A program made the translations under genes and the position numbers. Under the pieces are notes generated by a model that was given only the letters and a program-made list of their open reading frames with translations, did not search any database and was not told the origin of the DNA. A DNA stretch of 64,000 nucleotides from an uncultured Gemmatimonadaceae bacterium (GTDB lineage Bacteria; Gemmatimonadota; Gemmatimonadetes; Gemmatimonadales; Gemmatimonadaceae): NCBI GenBank assembly GCA_963829055.1, contig CAWHHI010000004.1, forward strand, positions 576,001 to 640,000. The letters run 5' to 3'. How positions within the stretch are numbered: position 1 is the stretch's first letter; every line of letters starts with the position of its first letter. This document shows, one piece after another, positions 11,312 through 22,538 of the stretch.

Positions 11312-13743
11312 TCAACCATTGCGGAGCGCAATGACCGGATCGACCGACGTCGCACGCCGCGCCGGACCGAGACTGGCGATCACGCCGACCGCCGCCAACG
11401 TTAGGCACGCGGCGCCCAGCGTCAGCGGATCACGCGCCTCGATGTTGTACACGAGCGACTGCATGAACCGAGACAGCCAGAGCGCCCCTATCGTTCCCAG
11501 TGCCAACCCGAGCACGACCATCGTTCCGCCCTGACGGAGCACGAGCGACAACACCTCGCCACGTTGGGCTCCGAGCGCGAGTCGCACGCCGATCTCCCGC
11601 GTGCGCTGACTCACCGAGAACGCGAGCACGCCGCCGATACCGGTCGCCGCGATGAGGAGCGCGAGCAGCCCGAACAACGTCAGCAGCGACGCCGTGAGCC
11701 GGCGCGGCGCGAGCGAGTCGAGTCGAATCTCCGAGAGCGTCCGAATGGCGTCCACCGGAAGGTCGGGGTCGATCGCGTGCACCGCGGCGGTGACGTTCCG
11801 CGCGAGCACGAGCGGGTCCGCGCTGCTGCGAATCAGCAGGTTGCCACCGGTCGGGTACTGACCGAAGGGCACGTAGAACGCGTCGGTCGGCTCCTTGTCC
11901 AACGCCTGATCGCGCACGTCGCCCGCCACGCCGATGACGCGAATCCAACTCGCGCCGGCGTCGCCGGAGATGCGCTTGCCGACTGGATCCGCATCGCCCC
12001 AGAAACGGCGCGCGAACGAGCGGCTGATGACGGCCACCTCTTCCGTCCCCGTGCGGTCGCGATCGTCGAACGTCCGCCCTCGCAGGAGAGGCACGCCGAC
12101 GGTCTTGAAGAACGACCCCGTCACGATGCGCATCTGCGCCTGCGGTGCCGTGGCAGTATCGAGCGTCGGCTGTCCCTCGGCGATGAAGCCGAACGACATG
12201 CGGTGGCCCTCGGTTAGCGGCACGTTGGCGGTGAACGTCACCGAGGTGACGCCAGGCTGTTGCTCCACGGCGCTGAACAGGCGCTGTCCGAGTGCCAGCT
12301 GCGACGGCCCGTTCGTATACCGCTCCCGCGACGGCGTGAACCGAACGCTCAGCACCTGCTCCGAGCGGTATCCGGCATCGACGCGACTGAGCTCGATCAT
12401 GCTGCGGACGGACAGCCCGGCTGCCGCGAGCAGAACCACGGACACCGCGACCTGTGCGACGACGAGCGCACGTTCGGCGCGGCCGCGTCGGCCGCCGCTC
12501 TGGCTCGCGTCGCCGCGGGCACGCAGCCCACTCGCGAGGTCGCGCGTCACCGCCAACAAGCGGAAGCGTCCCGGAGATGATCCCGACGACGACCGACACG
12601 CCTAACGTGAAGGCAAGCACCGGCGCGTCCAGCCCGATCTCGAACGCGCGCGGCGTGAAGCGTGCCGCGTACGGGACGAGCAGCCGCAGCAGAGCCGCCG
12701 CGAGCCCCACTCCCAGCACTGCGCCGGCAACCGCCACGACGATGCTCTCGGTGAGCAGCTGTCGGGCGAGCCTGCCGGGAGCCGGCACCCAACGCGGCGC
12801 GGACCACCAATTCCGCGCGGCGATGGACCAGGCGCACCAGCGTCAGGTTCGCGACATTCGCACAGGCAATGAGAAGCACGAAGCCGGACGTCGCCAGCAG
12901 CAGGATGAACGTCTCGCGCGCCGGCCCAGACAGCTCTTCGAGCAGCGAGTTCGCTCCGAGGCCAAAGCCCTTCGCGGCGAGGTAGCTCTCGGCATGCTCG
13001 GCGTGCATCTGCGTCGCGATTCCCTCGAGCTCCGCGCGTACGGTCTCCAGACCGACGCCCGGTCGCACGACGCCGAAGACACTGATTTGCCGAAGCTCGC
13101 GACGCGTCAGCCATGCGTCCGACGTGCGGAACGGGCACGACGAGATCGGCATGAACACGTCGTTCTCGTTAGGAAAATCGGGGAGAGGCGGAAGGATGCC
13201 GACCACGGTATGGAGTCGGTCTGTCATCTCGACGGTCTTCCCGATGATTGCGGTATCGCCGCCCATCCGCTCGCGCCAGAACCGATAGCTCAGCACGATC
13301 ACCGGGTTCGCGCCGGACTGATCGTCACCAACGCGAAGCGTGCGGCCAAACAGTGGCTTCACGCCGAGCGCATCGAAGTAGTTGGCGGACACGACGCCAG
13401 TCTGCACCCGCTGCGGCTCGCCGCGCCGCAAAAGGTTGAACGACATCGAGTGATACTCGGCCAGTGCATCGAACGAGCGCGTCTTCGCGCGAAGGTCGGC
13501 GAGCTCCTGGACGGAGAACCCGGCGTCCGCGATCTGGCCCAGCGCGATGGGCTGTTGAATGCGGACGACCCGGTCGCCGTTCGCGAACGGAAGGTCCTTG
13601 AGGAGCACACCGTGAATGACGCTGAAAATCGCCGTGTTCGCGCCGATCCCGAGCGCGAGCGTCAACACGGCGACAGCGGTATAGGCGCGTGCGCGACCGA
13701 GTGTGCGCACGGCGTATCGAAGGTCCTGTAGGACGGTCTGCAT
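11312..13743 (-). CDS. Duplicated MacB/FtsX-type ABC permease (ADOP-like), one frameshift near 12780
   Basis: MQTVLQDLRYAVRTL..LTLALGIGANTAIFSV, VLLIACANVANL, LVVAQVAVSVVLL, VSQRTREIGVRLALGA, PARRATSVDPVIALR. Confidence 0.92.
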
Positions 13744-13926
13744 TGATGGCTCCTCTCGTGGTGCGCCCAGGGTACAGGCCTCGGAGCCGGCGGTGGCGAA
13801 CGTTTGGTCGCGCCTGTGTGGCGATTTCGTGTCCCGGTAGCCACCAAATCGCGACCGGTCTTCCACAGATCTCACACAATTTGCTGTTGCCGGGCCCACG
13901 ACGATGGGCCCATCGTAGAGCGTGAG

Positions 13927-14048
13927 TGGTGATGGCAGGCGATTCCGGCCTCAGAGCCAGAATTGGCAAATGCGCCACGCATCCGCCTGTCACGGGAGGT
14001 TCCGCTTTGCCAATTCTGGCTATAGGCCGGCCTCGCCTGCCATCACCA
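13927..14048. repeat. About 120-bp palindromic element (roughly 47-bp imperfect arms) between divergent genes
   Basis: TGGTGATGGCAGGCGA..CCGGCCT...AGCCAGAATTGGCAAA.GCG versus its reverse complement at 14003-14048. Confidence 0.85.
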
Positions 14049-14070
14049 TTGACACGCCAGTCCACTACTC

Positions 14071-15828
14071 GTGCGGTCTTCCCGGCCCGCCGGGCGCTTC
14101 CGGCTCCCGCTTCGATTCTCGTGGCCGCTGCTGCTGTTGTTGGCCAGCGTCGGCGCGACCACCGTTGCTGCGTTCAATGCCCAGCGCGCGGTCCGGTCGC
14201 ACCAGCGAACCGCGGAGCGCCTGCTGAGCGACTACGCGTCGTTCACGGCGTGGACGTCGCAACGCCAGGTGATCGGGACGCTCGAGGGCGCGGTCATGGC
14301 GTCGCTGCAGTACATCATGCACGGACGCGAGCTACACAGCAGGCCGCGCTACGGCCCGATTCCTAACGCGGACGACCTCTGGCGCTACTACAACAATCAG
14401 GAGCGCTACACCACGCGATTCTGCACGCCCAAGAAGTGCCCGGAGTCGTTCCCTCCCTCCGTCTACTTCGGTTTCGCGCTGGGGGCCGACACGCTGCGCG
14501 TGGCCCCTCGTGCTGCCACGCCCGAGGCGGATGCGTGGCTCGAGGTCGCACCGGCGGCTGACCGGAAATGGCTCGTCGATTCGCTGACCACGCACATCCG
14601 ACGTGTGCACAGCTTCGAACAGAACTACGAAGTGCTCGTGTCGCCGCGCTTTGGCACCGGCCGGATGATCGCGTACGCACTCATGCCGACGGCGTACGGT
14701 GACACGATGGTCTATGGCGTGGAGTTCGGCGCCAAGACGTCGCGTCACATCTTCCGCGATGCGTTCGCCTACGCGCCGCTGCTCCCGAAGGCGCTCATGC
14801 TCGGCAAGAAGAACGAGGACCTACTCGGCGTGAGAATCGTCGGGCCCGGATCGCTGCCGTTGTTCGAGTCGCCGAACTGGCCCAACACGCCGTACGTGGG
14901 CTCGTTGCAGTTCGAACCGCAGTTCGGTGGACTCACCGTGCAGGCCGCCATCCGGCCGGAGTACGCGAATCAGCTGGTCATCGGTGGATTGCCGCGCTCG
15001 CGGCTACCACTGCTGATTGGGATGCTGATCGTGTCGGGTGCACTGGCGGTTGTCGCCGTCATCCAGTTGCGTCGCGAAGAGGAGCTCGCGCGCTTGCGTT
15101 CGGACTTCGTGTCGAGCGTGTCGCACGAGCTGCGGACGCCGCTCGCGCAGATCCGCCTTTTCCTCGAGACGCTTCGGCTCGGCCGCTTCACCACCGACGC
15201 GCAGCGAAAGTGGTCGCTCGACAACATTGACCGCGAGACGAACCGTCTCGCTCAGCTCGTCGAGAACATCCTGCACTTCGCGCGCGCGGGCCGAGGCCCG
15301 TCGACGCCCGCGACACCGGAGTCGACGGATCTCGCCGTCGAGATCGAGCAGATCACGCGGGCCTTCGAGCCACTCGCCGCGTCACGCCGCGCCGCCCTTC
15401 GCCTGGATCTCGCGCCTAACGTCGTCGTGCCGCTGCCGCGCGAGGCGTTCCGGCAGGTGCTGCTGAATCTCCTCGACAACGCGGTGAAGTACGGCCCCTC
15501 GGGGCAGACGGTGCGCGTGTCCCTCGTCGTCAGCGGCGCGGTGGCGCGCGTGACGGTCACCGACGAGGGCCCGGGAGTCCCGGCGAAAGAGCGCGAGGCG
15601 ATCTGGACGCCGTTCTTCCGCGGTCAGGCCGCCGTCGCACAGGCCGCCGGTGGCAGCGGCATTGGCCTCGCGATCGTGAAAGACCTGGTTGCGCAGATGG
15701 GTGGTCGGATAGCGATTGTGCCTTCACCCCACGGTGGCGCGGCGTTCCAGGTCGAGTTGCCGGGCGTCGCGGTGCGCGCGTCGTCGGTGGAACACGCAGA
15801 GCCCGCGTTGACGCTCAGGCCATCATGA
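14071..15828 (+). CDS. Membrane sensor histidine kinase 2 (paralog of HK1)
   Basis: Two TMs, SHELRTPLAQ, NLLDNAVKYG, DEGPG, GSGIGL; ATGA overlap with the response regulator. Confidence 0.93.
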   Translation: MRSSRPAGRFRLPLRFSWPLLLLLASVGATTVAAFNAQRAVRSHQRTAERLLSDYASFTAWTSQRQVIGTLEGAVMASLQYIMHGRELHSRPRYGPIPNADDLWRYYNNQERYTTRFCTPKKCPESFPPSVYFGFALGADTLRVAPRAATPEADAWLEVAPAADRKWLVDSLTTHIRRVHSFEQNYEVLVSPRFGTGRMIAYALMPTAYGDTMVYGVEFGAKTSRHIFRDAFAYAPLLPKALMLGKKNEDLLGVRIVGPGSLPLFESPNWPNTPYVGSLQFEPQFGGLTVQAAIRPEYANQLVIGGLPRSRLPLLIGMLIVSGALAVVAVIQLRREEELARLRSDFVSSVSHELRTPLAQIRLFLETLRLGRFTTDAQRKWSLDNIDRETNRLAQLVENILHFARAGRGPSTPATPESTDLAVEIEQITRAFEPLAASRRAALRLDLAPNVVVPLPREAFRQVLLNLLDNAVKYGPSGQTVRVSLVVSGAVARVTVTDEGPGVPAKEREAIWTPFFRGQAAVAQAAGGSGIGLAIVKDLVAQMGGRIAIVPSPHGGAAFQVELPGVAVRASSVEHAEPALTLRPS

Positions 15829-16523
15829 CGCGCGTGCTGGTGATCGAGGACTCGAGCGATCTCGCGGAGGGGCTGCGCTTCAATCTCGAGCTCGAGGGCT
15901 ACTCGGTGAAGGTTGCCGAAGACGGCAACACCGGCCTGGCGGCCGCGCGCGAATGGGAGCCTGACCTCGTGATCCTCGATCTGATGCTGCCGGGAATCGA
16001 CGGGTATCAGGTGCTGCGGTCGATGCGGGCCGACGGACGTCAGACGCCGGTGCTCATCCTCTCCGCTCGCGGCGAAGAGTCGGACAAGGTTCGTGGCTTC
16101 CAGCTCGACGCCGATCAGTACGTGACGAAGCCGTTCGGTCTGATCGAGCTCCTCGAGCGTGTGAAGTCGCTGCTGCGTCGGACGCGAGCGCGCAGCGACG
16201 TGAGCGAGAACGGCGCAGGTGTGGGACACGTCACCTTCGGCGACGTCAGTATCGATCCAGCGTCACGAGCGGTCATGCGATCGGGCGAGGCCGTGAGCCT
16301 GACGCCGAAAGCGTACGAGCTCATGATGGCGCTCATCAAGCGGAAGGGCGCCGTTGCCACGCGCGTCGAGCTGCTGCGCGAAGTGTGGGATCATCGCGCG
16401 ATCGTGCTCACGCGCACCGTCGATTCCCACATGGCCGAGCTGCGCAAGAAACTCGAGCACGATCCGGCGGATCCGAAGCACTTCATCACGATCTGGAAAG
16501 TTGGCTACCGCTTCAATCCCTGA
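15825..16523 (+). CDS. OmpR-family response regulator 2
   Basis: Receiver plus winged helix; TRTVDSHMAELRKKLE; clear paralog of RR1. Confidence 0.95.
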   Translation: MTRVLVIEDSSDLAEGLRFNLELEGYSVKVAEDGNTGLAAAREWEPDLVILDLMLPGIDGYQVLRSMRADGRQTPVLILSARGEESDKVRGFQLDADQYVTKPFGLIELLERVKSLLRRTRARSDVSENGAGVGHVTFGDVSIDPASRAVMRSGEAVSLTPKAYELMMALIKRKGAVATRVELLREVWDHRAIVLTRTVDSHMAELRKKLEHDPADPKHFITIWKVGYRFNP

Positions 16524-16530
16524 ACGAATC

Positions 16531-17458
16531 ATGAGGCTCGTTATGCATCGTATTCGCATTCTCCGCTGGTCGGCCATCGCGCCGGCCATTGCGCTGTCTG
16601 CTGCGCTCGTCGCCCCAACGGCGTTCGCGCAGTCGCCTGCGTTCGACAGCCCGGTCGTCTCGCCGGAATGGCTGTCGCAACATTCTGAACGACCCCGATC
16701 TCGTGATCGTGAACGTGGTGAGCAATCGACGTGAGTACTCGGGTGGTCACATTCCGGGGGCGCGCATGGTGTGGTTCGGCGCTCTCGCGCCCGGCAACCC
16801 CGATCTGTCGACCGAGCTTCCGCCGCTCGCGCAGCTCGACTCGATCGTCGAGTCACTCGGGATCTCGAACAACTCACGGATCGTCGTCTACGCCTCGGCG
16901 CTCAACCCCGCCGCCGGGCGCGCATACATGACGCTCGACTACCTCGGCTTGGGCGACCGCACTGCGGTGCTCGACGGCGGATTCAGCGCCTGGAAGGAAC
17001 GAGGGTTGACCGTGAGCACCGAGACGCCAACGGTCAAACGTGCGAAGTTCACACCGAAGCTCAACGCGTCAGCGGTGGTGAACGCCGAATTCGTCAACGC
17101 GAACATCGACAAGTCTGGAGTGAAGATCCTCGACGCGCGCACACCGAACTTCTACAACGGCGAGGGCGGCGGCATGCCGCGGCCCGGGCACATCCCGAGC
17201 GCCGGCAACGTGCCGTTCACGTCGCTGGTGGACGAGAAGGGGATGCTCAAGTCGCGTGAAGCCATCAGCGAGATGCTCGCCTCCGCCGGCGTGAAGCAGG
17301 GCGATCGCGTGGTCACGTACTGCCACATCGGACAGCAGGGCAGCCTCCTGTACTTCGCGTCGCGTTATGCAGGCTACCAGACGAGCCTCTACGACGGATC
17401 ATTCGAGGACTGGAGTGGACGGAGCGAGCTGCCGCTCGTCGGTCCGGTGAAGAAGTAG
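16531..17458 (+). CDS. Exported tandem-domain rhodanese / thiosulfate sulfurtransferase (frameshift near 16684)
   Basis: Signal peptide ...AALVAPTAFA, VVSPEWL, GHIPGA, LDGGFSAW, GHIPSA, active-site YCHIG, LYDGSFEDW. Confidence 0.88.
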
Positions 17459-17640
17459 GCGTCGCCCATCGTCGGTCGTGTGCGGCTTCTTCGGCCGCTG
17501 CCGCGCCGTCGGTACCGGTTTCGGTACCGGTTCGACGAGATCCAGCCCCTGCATGGCGCGAGCGAGCCGGCTCCGTCCCGAAGCCCGCTGGACAGACGGA
17601 GCCTCCGGCGCGACACTGATCAGCGTGTGGAATTCGAAAT

Positions 17641-18558
17641 TTGGTACGCGTCGCCGGACAGTTCGTTTCGGTCGCGCCGGTCTCGCTGGCGTTCGTCGCG
17701 CTCGCGTGCTCGCGCGAGCAGCCCGCGCGTCCAGCAATTGACACGGCGAAGAAGCGGCCCGAGGCCGTAGCCGCCGCGGTACTCGCCACGCGTGGCGTCA
17801 GCGTTCCGTTCCGCGTGCCCGCGGAGTCGGAGATCCGGGACACGGTGGTGCTGGCGGCGGTGCGACGCGGTCGTGCGCTGCTGCTCGCCACACGCGACAG
17901 CCTGCCCGCGAACGTCGGCAGCCGATTGCGATGCGTGAGCTGCCACCTCGGTGATGGTCTCAAGGCCAATCAGATGCCGTACGTCGGTGTCTACGCGCGG
18001 TTCCCGCAGTACCGCACGCGCAGCGCGACTGTCGAGATCATCGAGGACCGCATCAACGATTGCTTCGAGCGGAGTCTGAACGGCAAGGCGTTGCCGCGCG
18101 ACAGCCGCCCGATGCGGGACATTGTCGCGTATCTCGCGTTCCTGTCGTATGGCGTCCCGGTGGGCATGCAGGTCGAGGGGCAGGGGCTACCGCGTCTCGA
18201 TCCGCTGACTGGCGACACGGCGCGGGGCCGCGATGTCTTCTCGACGCGCTGCACGCTGTGCCACGGGACCGACGGCCAGGGCACGAACGCCGCGCCGCCG
18301 GTCTGGGGTCCGCACTCGTACAACATCGGCGCGGGGATGGCGCGCATCCGCACGGCGGCGGCGTTCATTCGCGTCGCGATGCCGTTCGACAAACCGGGCA
18401 CGCTCACGCCGCAGGAGGCGTTCGACGTGGCCACGTTCATCAACACGCGCCCACGCCCGGACTTCGCCCGTAAGGCGGGTGACTGGCCCAAGGGTGATCC
18501 GCCTCCTGACGTCGCGTACCCAACGACCGCCGCGACGAAGAAGAGGAAGGCTCGTTAG
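17641..18558 (+). CDS. tsdA: Diheme c-type cytochrome, thiosulfate dehydrogenase TsdA-like lipoprotein
   Basis: Lipobox VALAC; CVSCH and CTLCH heme motifs; EDRINDCFERSLNG (conserved ligand Cys); PPVWGPHSYNIGAGM; MP motif. Start may be about 17625 with an indel. Confidence 0.8.
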   Translation: MVRVAGQFVSVAPVSLAFVALACSREQPARPAIDTAKKRPEAVAAAVLATRGVSVPFRVPAESEIRDTVVLAAVRRGRALLLATRDSLPANVGSRLRCVSCHLGDGLKANQMPYVGVYARFPQYRTRSATVEIIEDRINDCFERSLNGKALPRDSRPMRDIVAYLAFLSYGVPVGMQVEGQGLPRLDPLTGDTARGRDVFSTRCTLCHGTDGQGTNAAPPVWGPHSYNIGAGMARIRTAAAFIRVAMPFDKPGTLTPQEAFDVATFINTRPRPDFARKAGDWPKGDPPPDVAYPTTAATKKRKAR

Positions 18559-18682
18559 GCGCTGGTATCGAGCGTACGGATTCTGTATGCTCTGCGCCTG
18601 CCGATGACTCAGAGTCCTCGCTGTCGCTCGATGACACGCTTCTCCGCCTTCCGCCCTCCGCCTTCCTCAGGCCCGCTCCGCG

Positions 18683-20785
18683 TTAGCTCGCCGTCTTCGG
18701 CGCCAGATACTTCGTCAGCCAGCCCTGCACCTCGTTCCACCACAGCCGCTGGTTCTGCGGCTTCCCGATCCAGTGACCTTCGTCGGGGAACACCACGAGA
18801 CGGCTCGGGACGCCCTGCCGCTGGAGCGACGTGAACATCGACAGGCCCTCCGTATACGGCACGCGGTAGTCGAGCTCGCCGTTCGTCACCAGCGTCGGCG
18901 TCTTGAACTTCCCGGCGTAGAGATGCGGCGAGTACACGCGATACTGCTCGCGCATCGCCTTCGGATCCCAGAACGGGCCGCCGTACTCCCACTCCGGGAA
19001 CCACAGCTCCTCCGTCGCCGCGTACATGTTCTCGAGGTTGAACGGACCCGCGTGCGACACGAGCGCCTTGAAGCGCGTCGAGTGACCGGCGATCCAGTTC
19101 ACCATGTAGCCGCCGAACGATCCGCCCGCCGCGCCCATGCGCGTCGAGTCCATCCACGTGTTGCGCGCGAGCGCGGCGTCGAGGCCGTTCATGAGATCCG
19201 TGTAGACCTTGCCCGCCCCACGCCTTCGACACGTCGTCGACGAACTTCTGCCCGTAGCCCGTCGACCCGCGCGGGTTGATGATCACGAGCGCCGAGCCCG
19301 TCGCCGCGAACATCTGGTAGTTCCAGCGGCCGTGCCAGTTGTCGAGCCACGCGCCCTGCGGTCCGCCGTGGATCAGCAGGATCACCGGATACTTCTCGCC
19401 CGGCGTGTATTGCGGCGGCTTCACGATGAAGCCCTGCACGCTGTCGCCGCCCGCGCCCTTGAACCAGAAGTCCTCGGCCGGATTGAGCGCGAGCTGCGCG
19501 ACGAGCGCGTCGTTCACGTGCGTCGCCTGACGAGTGTCCGTCGCCCGCGCGCCATCGAGCGACGCCGCGTACACCTCCGGCGGCCGGTTCGTCGCGTCGC
19601 GCATCCAGACGACCGCTTTTGCATCGCGCGAGAACGAGAACCCGAGGTTGTTGGACTCTCCGATCACGAGTGCCGGTGCGCCGGTCGCGACGCCGTCCGC
19701 GCCTAACGTGGCGCGATACAGCTTGTCGCGTCCGGCGTCGGTCGTCGACACGTAGACACCGCTTTGCCGTCGGGCGCAAACGTGTACGCCGTCCGCGTTC
19801 CGATCCCACGTCGGCAGCGCCTCGGTCGACGTCTTCTTCGCTCGATCGTAGAGCATGAGCCGGAACCGGTCCGACTCGAACCCGCCACGCTTCTGCGATC
19901 CGTACGCGATGTACTTGCCGTCCGGCGAGTACACCGGGTTCTGGTCCGCGCCGACGTTGCGACTTCGTGATCACCGTCGCGCGTGCCGCCGCTGACAGGC
20001 ACGACGTACAGGTTCACGTCCGTCGTCCACGCGTCGGCGCGCCCCTGATCCTTCGCCGTGTACGCGATCTCTCGGCCGTCGGGCGAGAACGCGTAGCCCT
20101 CGCTGCCGCCGAACGGACCGGGCGGCACGTCGTACTTGCGCGCCGGCGTCAGGTCTCGCGGCGTCGTCACCGTCGAGCGCCGACGACGAACAGGTGCGAG
20201 CGCGTGCCTTCATCCCACGCGTTCCAGTGGCGGAACAGCAGGTTGTCGGCGACGTGCGCCTTGACCTTGTTGTCTTCCTTCGCCTTGTCCTTCTGCGGCG
20301 TTGCACGCGTCGGTCGTGCAGTCAGGCCACACGGCGGACACGAACGCGAGACGTTCGCCCGTTGGCGACCACACGGGGCCGCTCGCGCCGCCGTTGAGCG
20401 TCGTGAGCTTGCGGCGCCCGCTGCCGTCGGCGTTCGCCACCCAGAGTTGCCCACCCGCGGTGTACGCCACGCGGCGCCCGTCCGGCGACCACCGCGCCTC
20501 GGCGGCGTGCGTCGTGTCGTCGGGGAACGCTCGGGCAGCGGAGCTGCCTAACGTCTGGACGTACGTCGTTGCCGCACGTCGATTCGCTTCGACATCGGTC
20601 GTCCGCACCGCGTACAGCATTGTTCGTCCATCCGGCGACAGCTGCGGGTCGGACACCGACTTTATCGCCGCGAAGTCGTCGAACGTCATCGGGCGGCGTG
20701 TTTGCGCGCCGAGCGTCGTGACGCACGTCGTGACGAGCGTGCCCGGAGCGAACAACGCGAGAACGAATAGCGATCGTACAGTCAT
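18683..20785 (-). CDS. S9 family prolyl oligopeptidase / dipeptidyl-peptidase with PD40 propeller; frameshifted
   Basis: Signal peptide, SPDG repeats, LIHGGPQ, NPRGSTGYG, nucleophile GGSFGG, DYRVP, FPDEGH. Confidence 0.92.
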
Positions 20786-20850
20786 CGCGAGTCTTCCTTG
20801 TCGCCGCGTGTGAGCGGCTCGGTCGTTTATCCGGTCGTTAGGCCGATCCG

Positions 20851-22361
20851 TCAGGGAGCCTGCGGTCCGGCAGTGCGCTTGTACCAGTCCACCTTGGTCT
20901 GGTCGCGCTTCGTTCCGCCAGCCAACGTCTCCTTCATCATCGCCTCGACTTCGGCGATCTCCCGCGGCGCCCGCGAGATCCACTCGACGCCCTGCTCGGT
21001 GCCGATGTAGTCGTCCTCGATGCGAACGCCGATGTTCTTGAACTTCTCGACCGCCGGCCGGAGCTTCGCGATCAGCGCATCGTTCTTCGCCGTCTTCGGC
21101 AGGATCTCGAGCAGGTTCTCACGCACGTAGATGCCGGGTTCGATCGTGAACGCGCTGCCGGTGGCGATCGTACCGGTGAAGTAGAACTGATCCGGGTCGT
21201 GCACCTCGAGTCCGATGCCGTGCCCCAGCCCGTGCATGTAGTAGAGCTCGAGCTGCGCGCACTGCTGCGGCTGTTGGGCCGAGCCGCAGTCGTACGTCGC
21301 GTTAGGCGATTCGATGAGCCCGACGCGCGCGAGGCCCGCGGCCAACACCGCTGACGCCGAGTCGGACATGAGCGATGCCTTGGCGCCGAGCTTCGCCTGA
21401 CGCTCCGCGGCCGCCTGCGCGTCGCGCACGATCTGGTAGATCGCGCGCTGGTCGGCTGTGAACGTGCCGCTCACCGGCACGGTGCGCGTGACGTCCGCCG
21501 CGTAGCCGCGGTACGACGCGCCAATGTCCATGACGACGACGTCGCCGGCGTTCATGAACCGATCGTCGGCGTTGTAGTGGAGCGTCGTCGAGTTCGGACC
21601 CGAGCCGACGATCGTGCCGAACGACGGGCGGTCCGCTCCGTTTCGCCGGAACGTGTACTCGATGAGCCCCTGAATCTCGAACTCGTTCATGCCCGGCTCG
21701 ATGGCGCGCATCGCTTCCTTCTGCGCGTCGACCGTGACTCGTGACGGCTTTACGAATCAGGTCGAGCTCGGCCGGGCTCTTCGTCCCGCGAAGCATCATC
21801 ACGTACTGGTTCGCCGACGCGAGCTTCACCGACGGGTGCGTCGCCGCGAGGGCGCGAACGAACTGATCATCGCGGCTCAGGACGCGCCGCTTCCTCACCC
21901 TGGCGCTCGCCCAGCCGCACGTCGCCGACCACGTACAGCTGCGACGTCGAGCTGAGCAGCGAGTCGAGCACCGGCGCGAAGCTGCTCAACCGGTCGAGCG
22001 TCGATGCCGGTTGCCTTCGTCGCGCCCTCGGGTCCGAAGCGCTTGCCGGTCCAGACTTCCGCGGCAGGGTTCGCGATCCTCGACGAACAACGTCGAGCCG
22101 ACGTCTGGCCGCCGCGCTTCACGATCACGAGCGCGGCGTTCGGCTCGTTGTAGCCGGTGAGGTACGTGAACGGCTCGTTCTGATAGAACGACAGGTAGTC
22201 CTGCGCGGGCTCCTGCGCCCCGATCGCGAGGAGTACGCCGTCCTGCATCTTCGCGGCGAGTGCCGCGCGCCGCTGCGCATACTCGGCTGCCGGAACCTGG
22301 GCGCCGAGCGACGAGATCGCAGCGGCGAGACCGAGCGAGCGAGAGAAAGACGGAGCCGCAC
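20851..22361 (-). CDS. Xaa-Pro aminopeptidase (M24B), exported; frameshifted
   Basis: EYAQRRAAL, FTYLTGYNEP, GPNSTTLHY, DIGASYRGYAADVTRT, HGLGHGIGLEVHD, TIEPGIY, GVRIEDD. Confidence 0.9.
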
Positions 22362-22392
22362 GAGAGTCCTCCGGTGGAGTCAGATTCCACAG

Positions 22393-22463
22393 TGGGGTCA
22401 GATTCCAATTCGCGAGACCACGCTGCTGGGCGCCTCCACGTGATCGAATTGGAGTCTGACCCC
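22393..22463. repeat. GGGGTCAGATTCCAATTC ... GAATTGGAGTCTGACCCC inverted repeat (REP doublet-like)
   Basis: Roughly 18-bp inverted pair with an extra partial copy GGAGTCAGATTCCA at about 22376. Confidence 0.8.
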
Positions 22464-22538
22464 GGGATCTGAACGATCTGACCTGATCTCTCTAACCTAC
22501 TGGGCGGGAGCCGGTTCCATCGAGAGCGGTCTGCGTTG

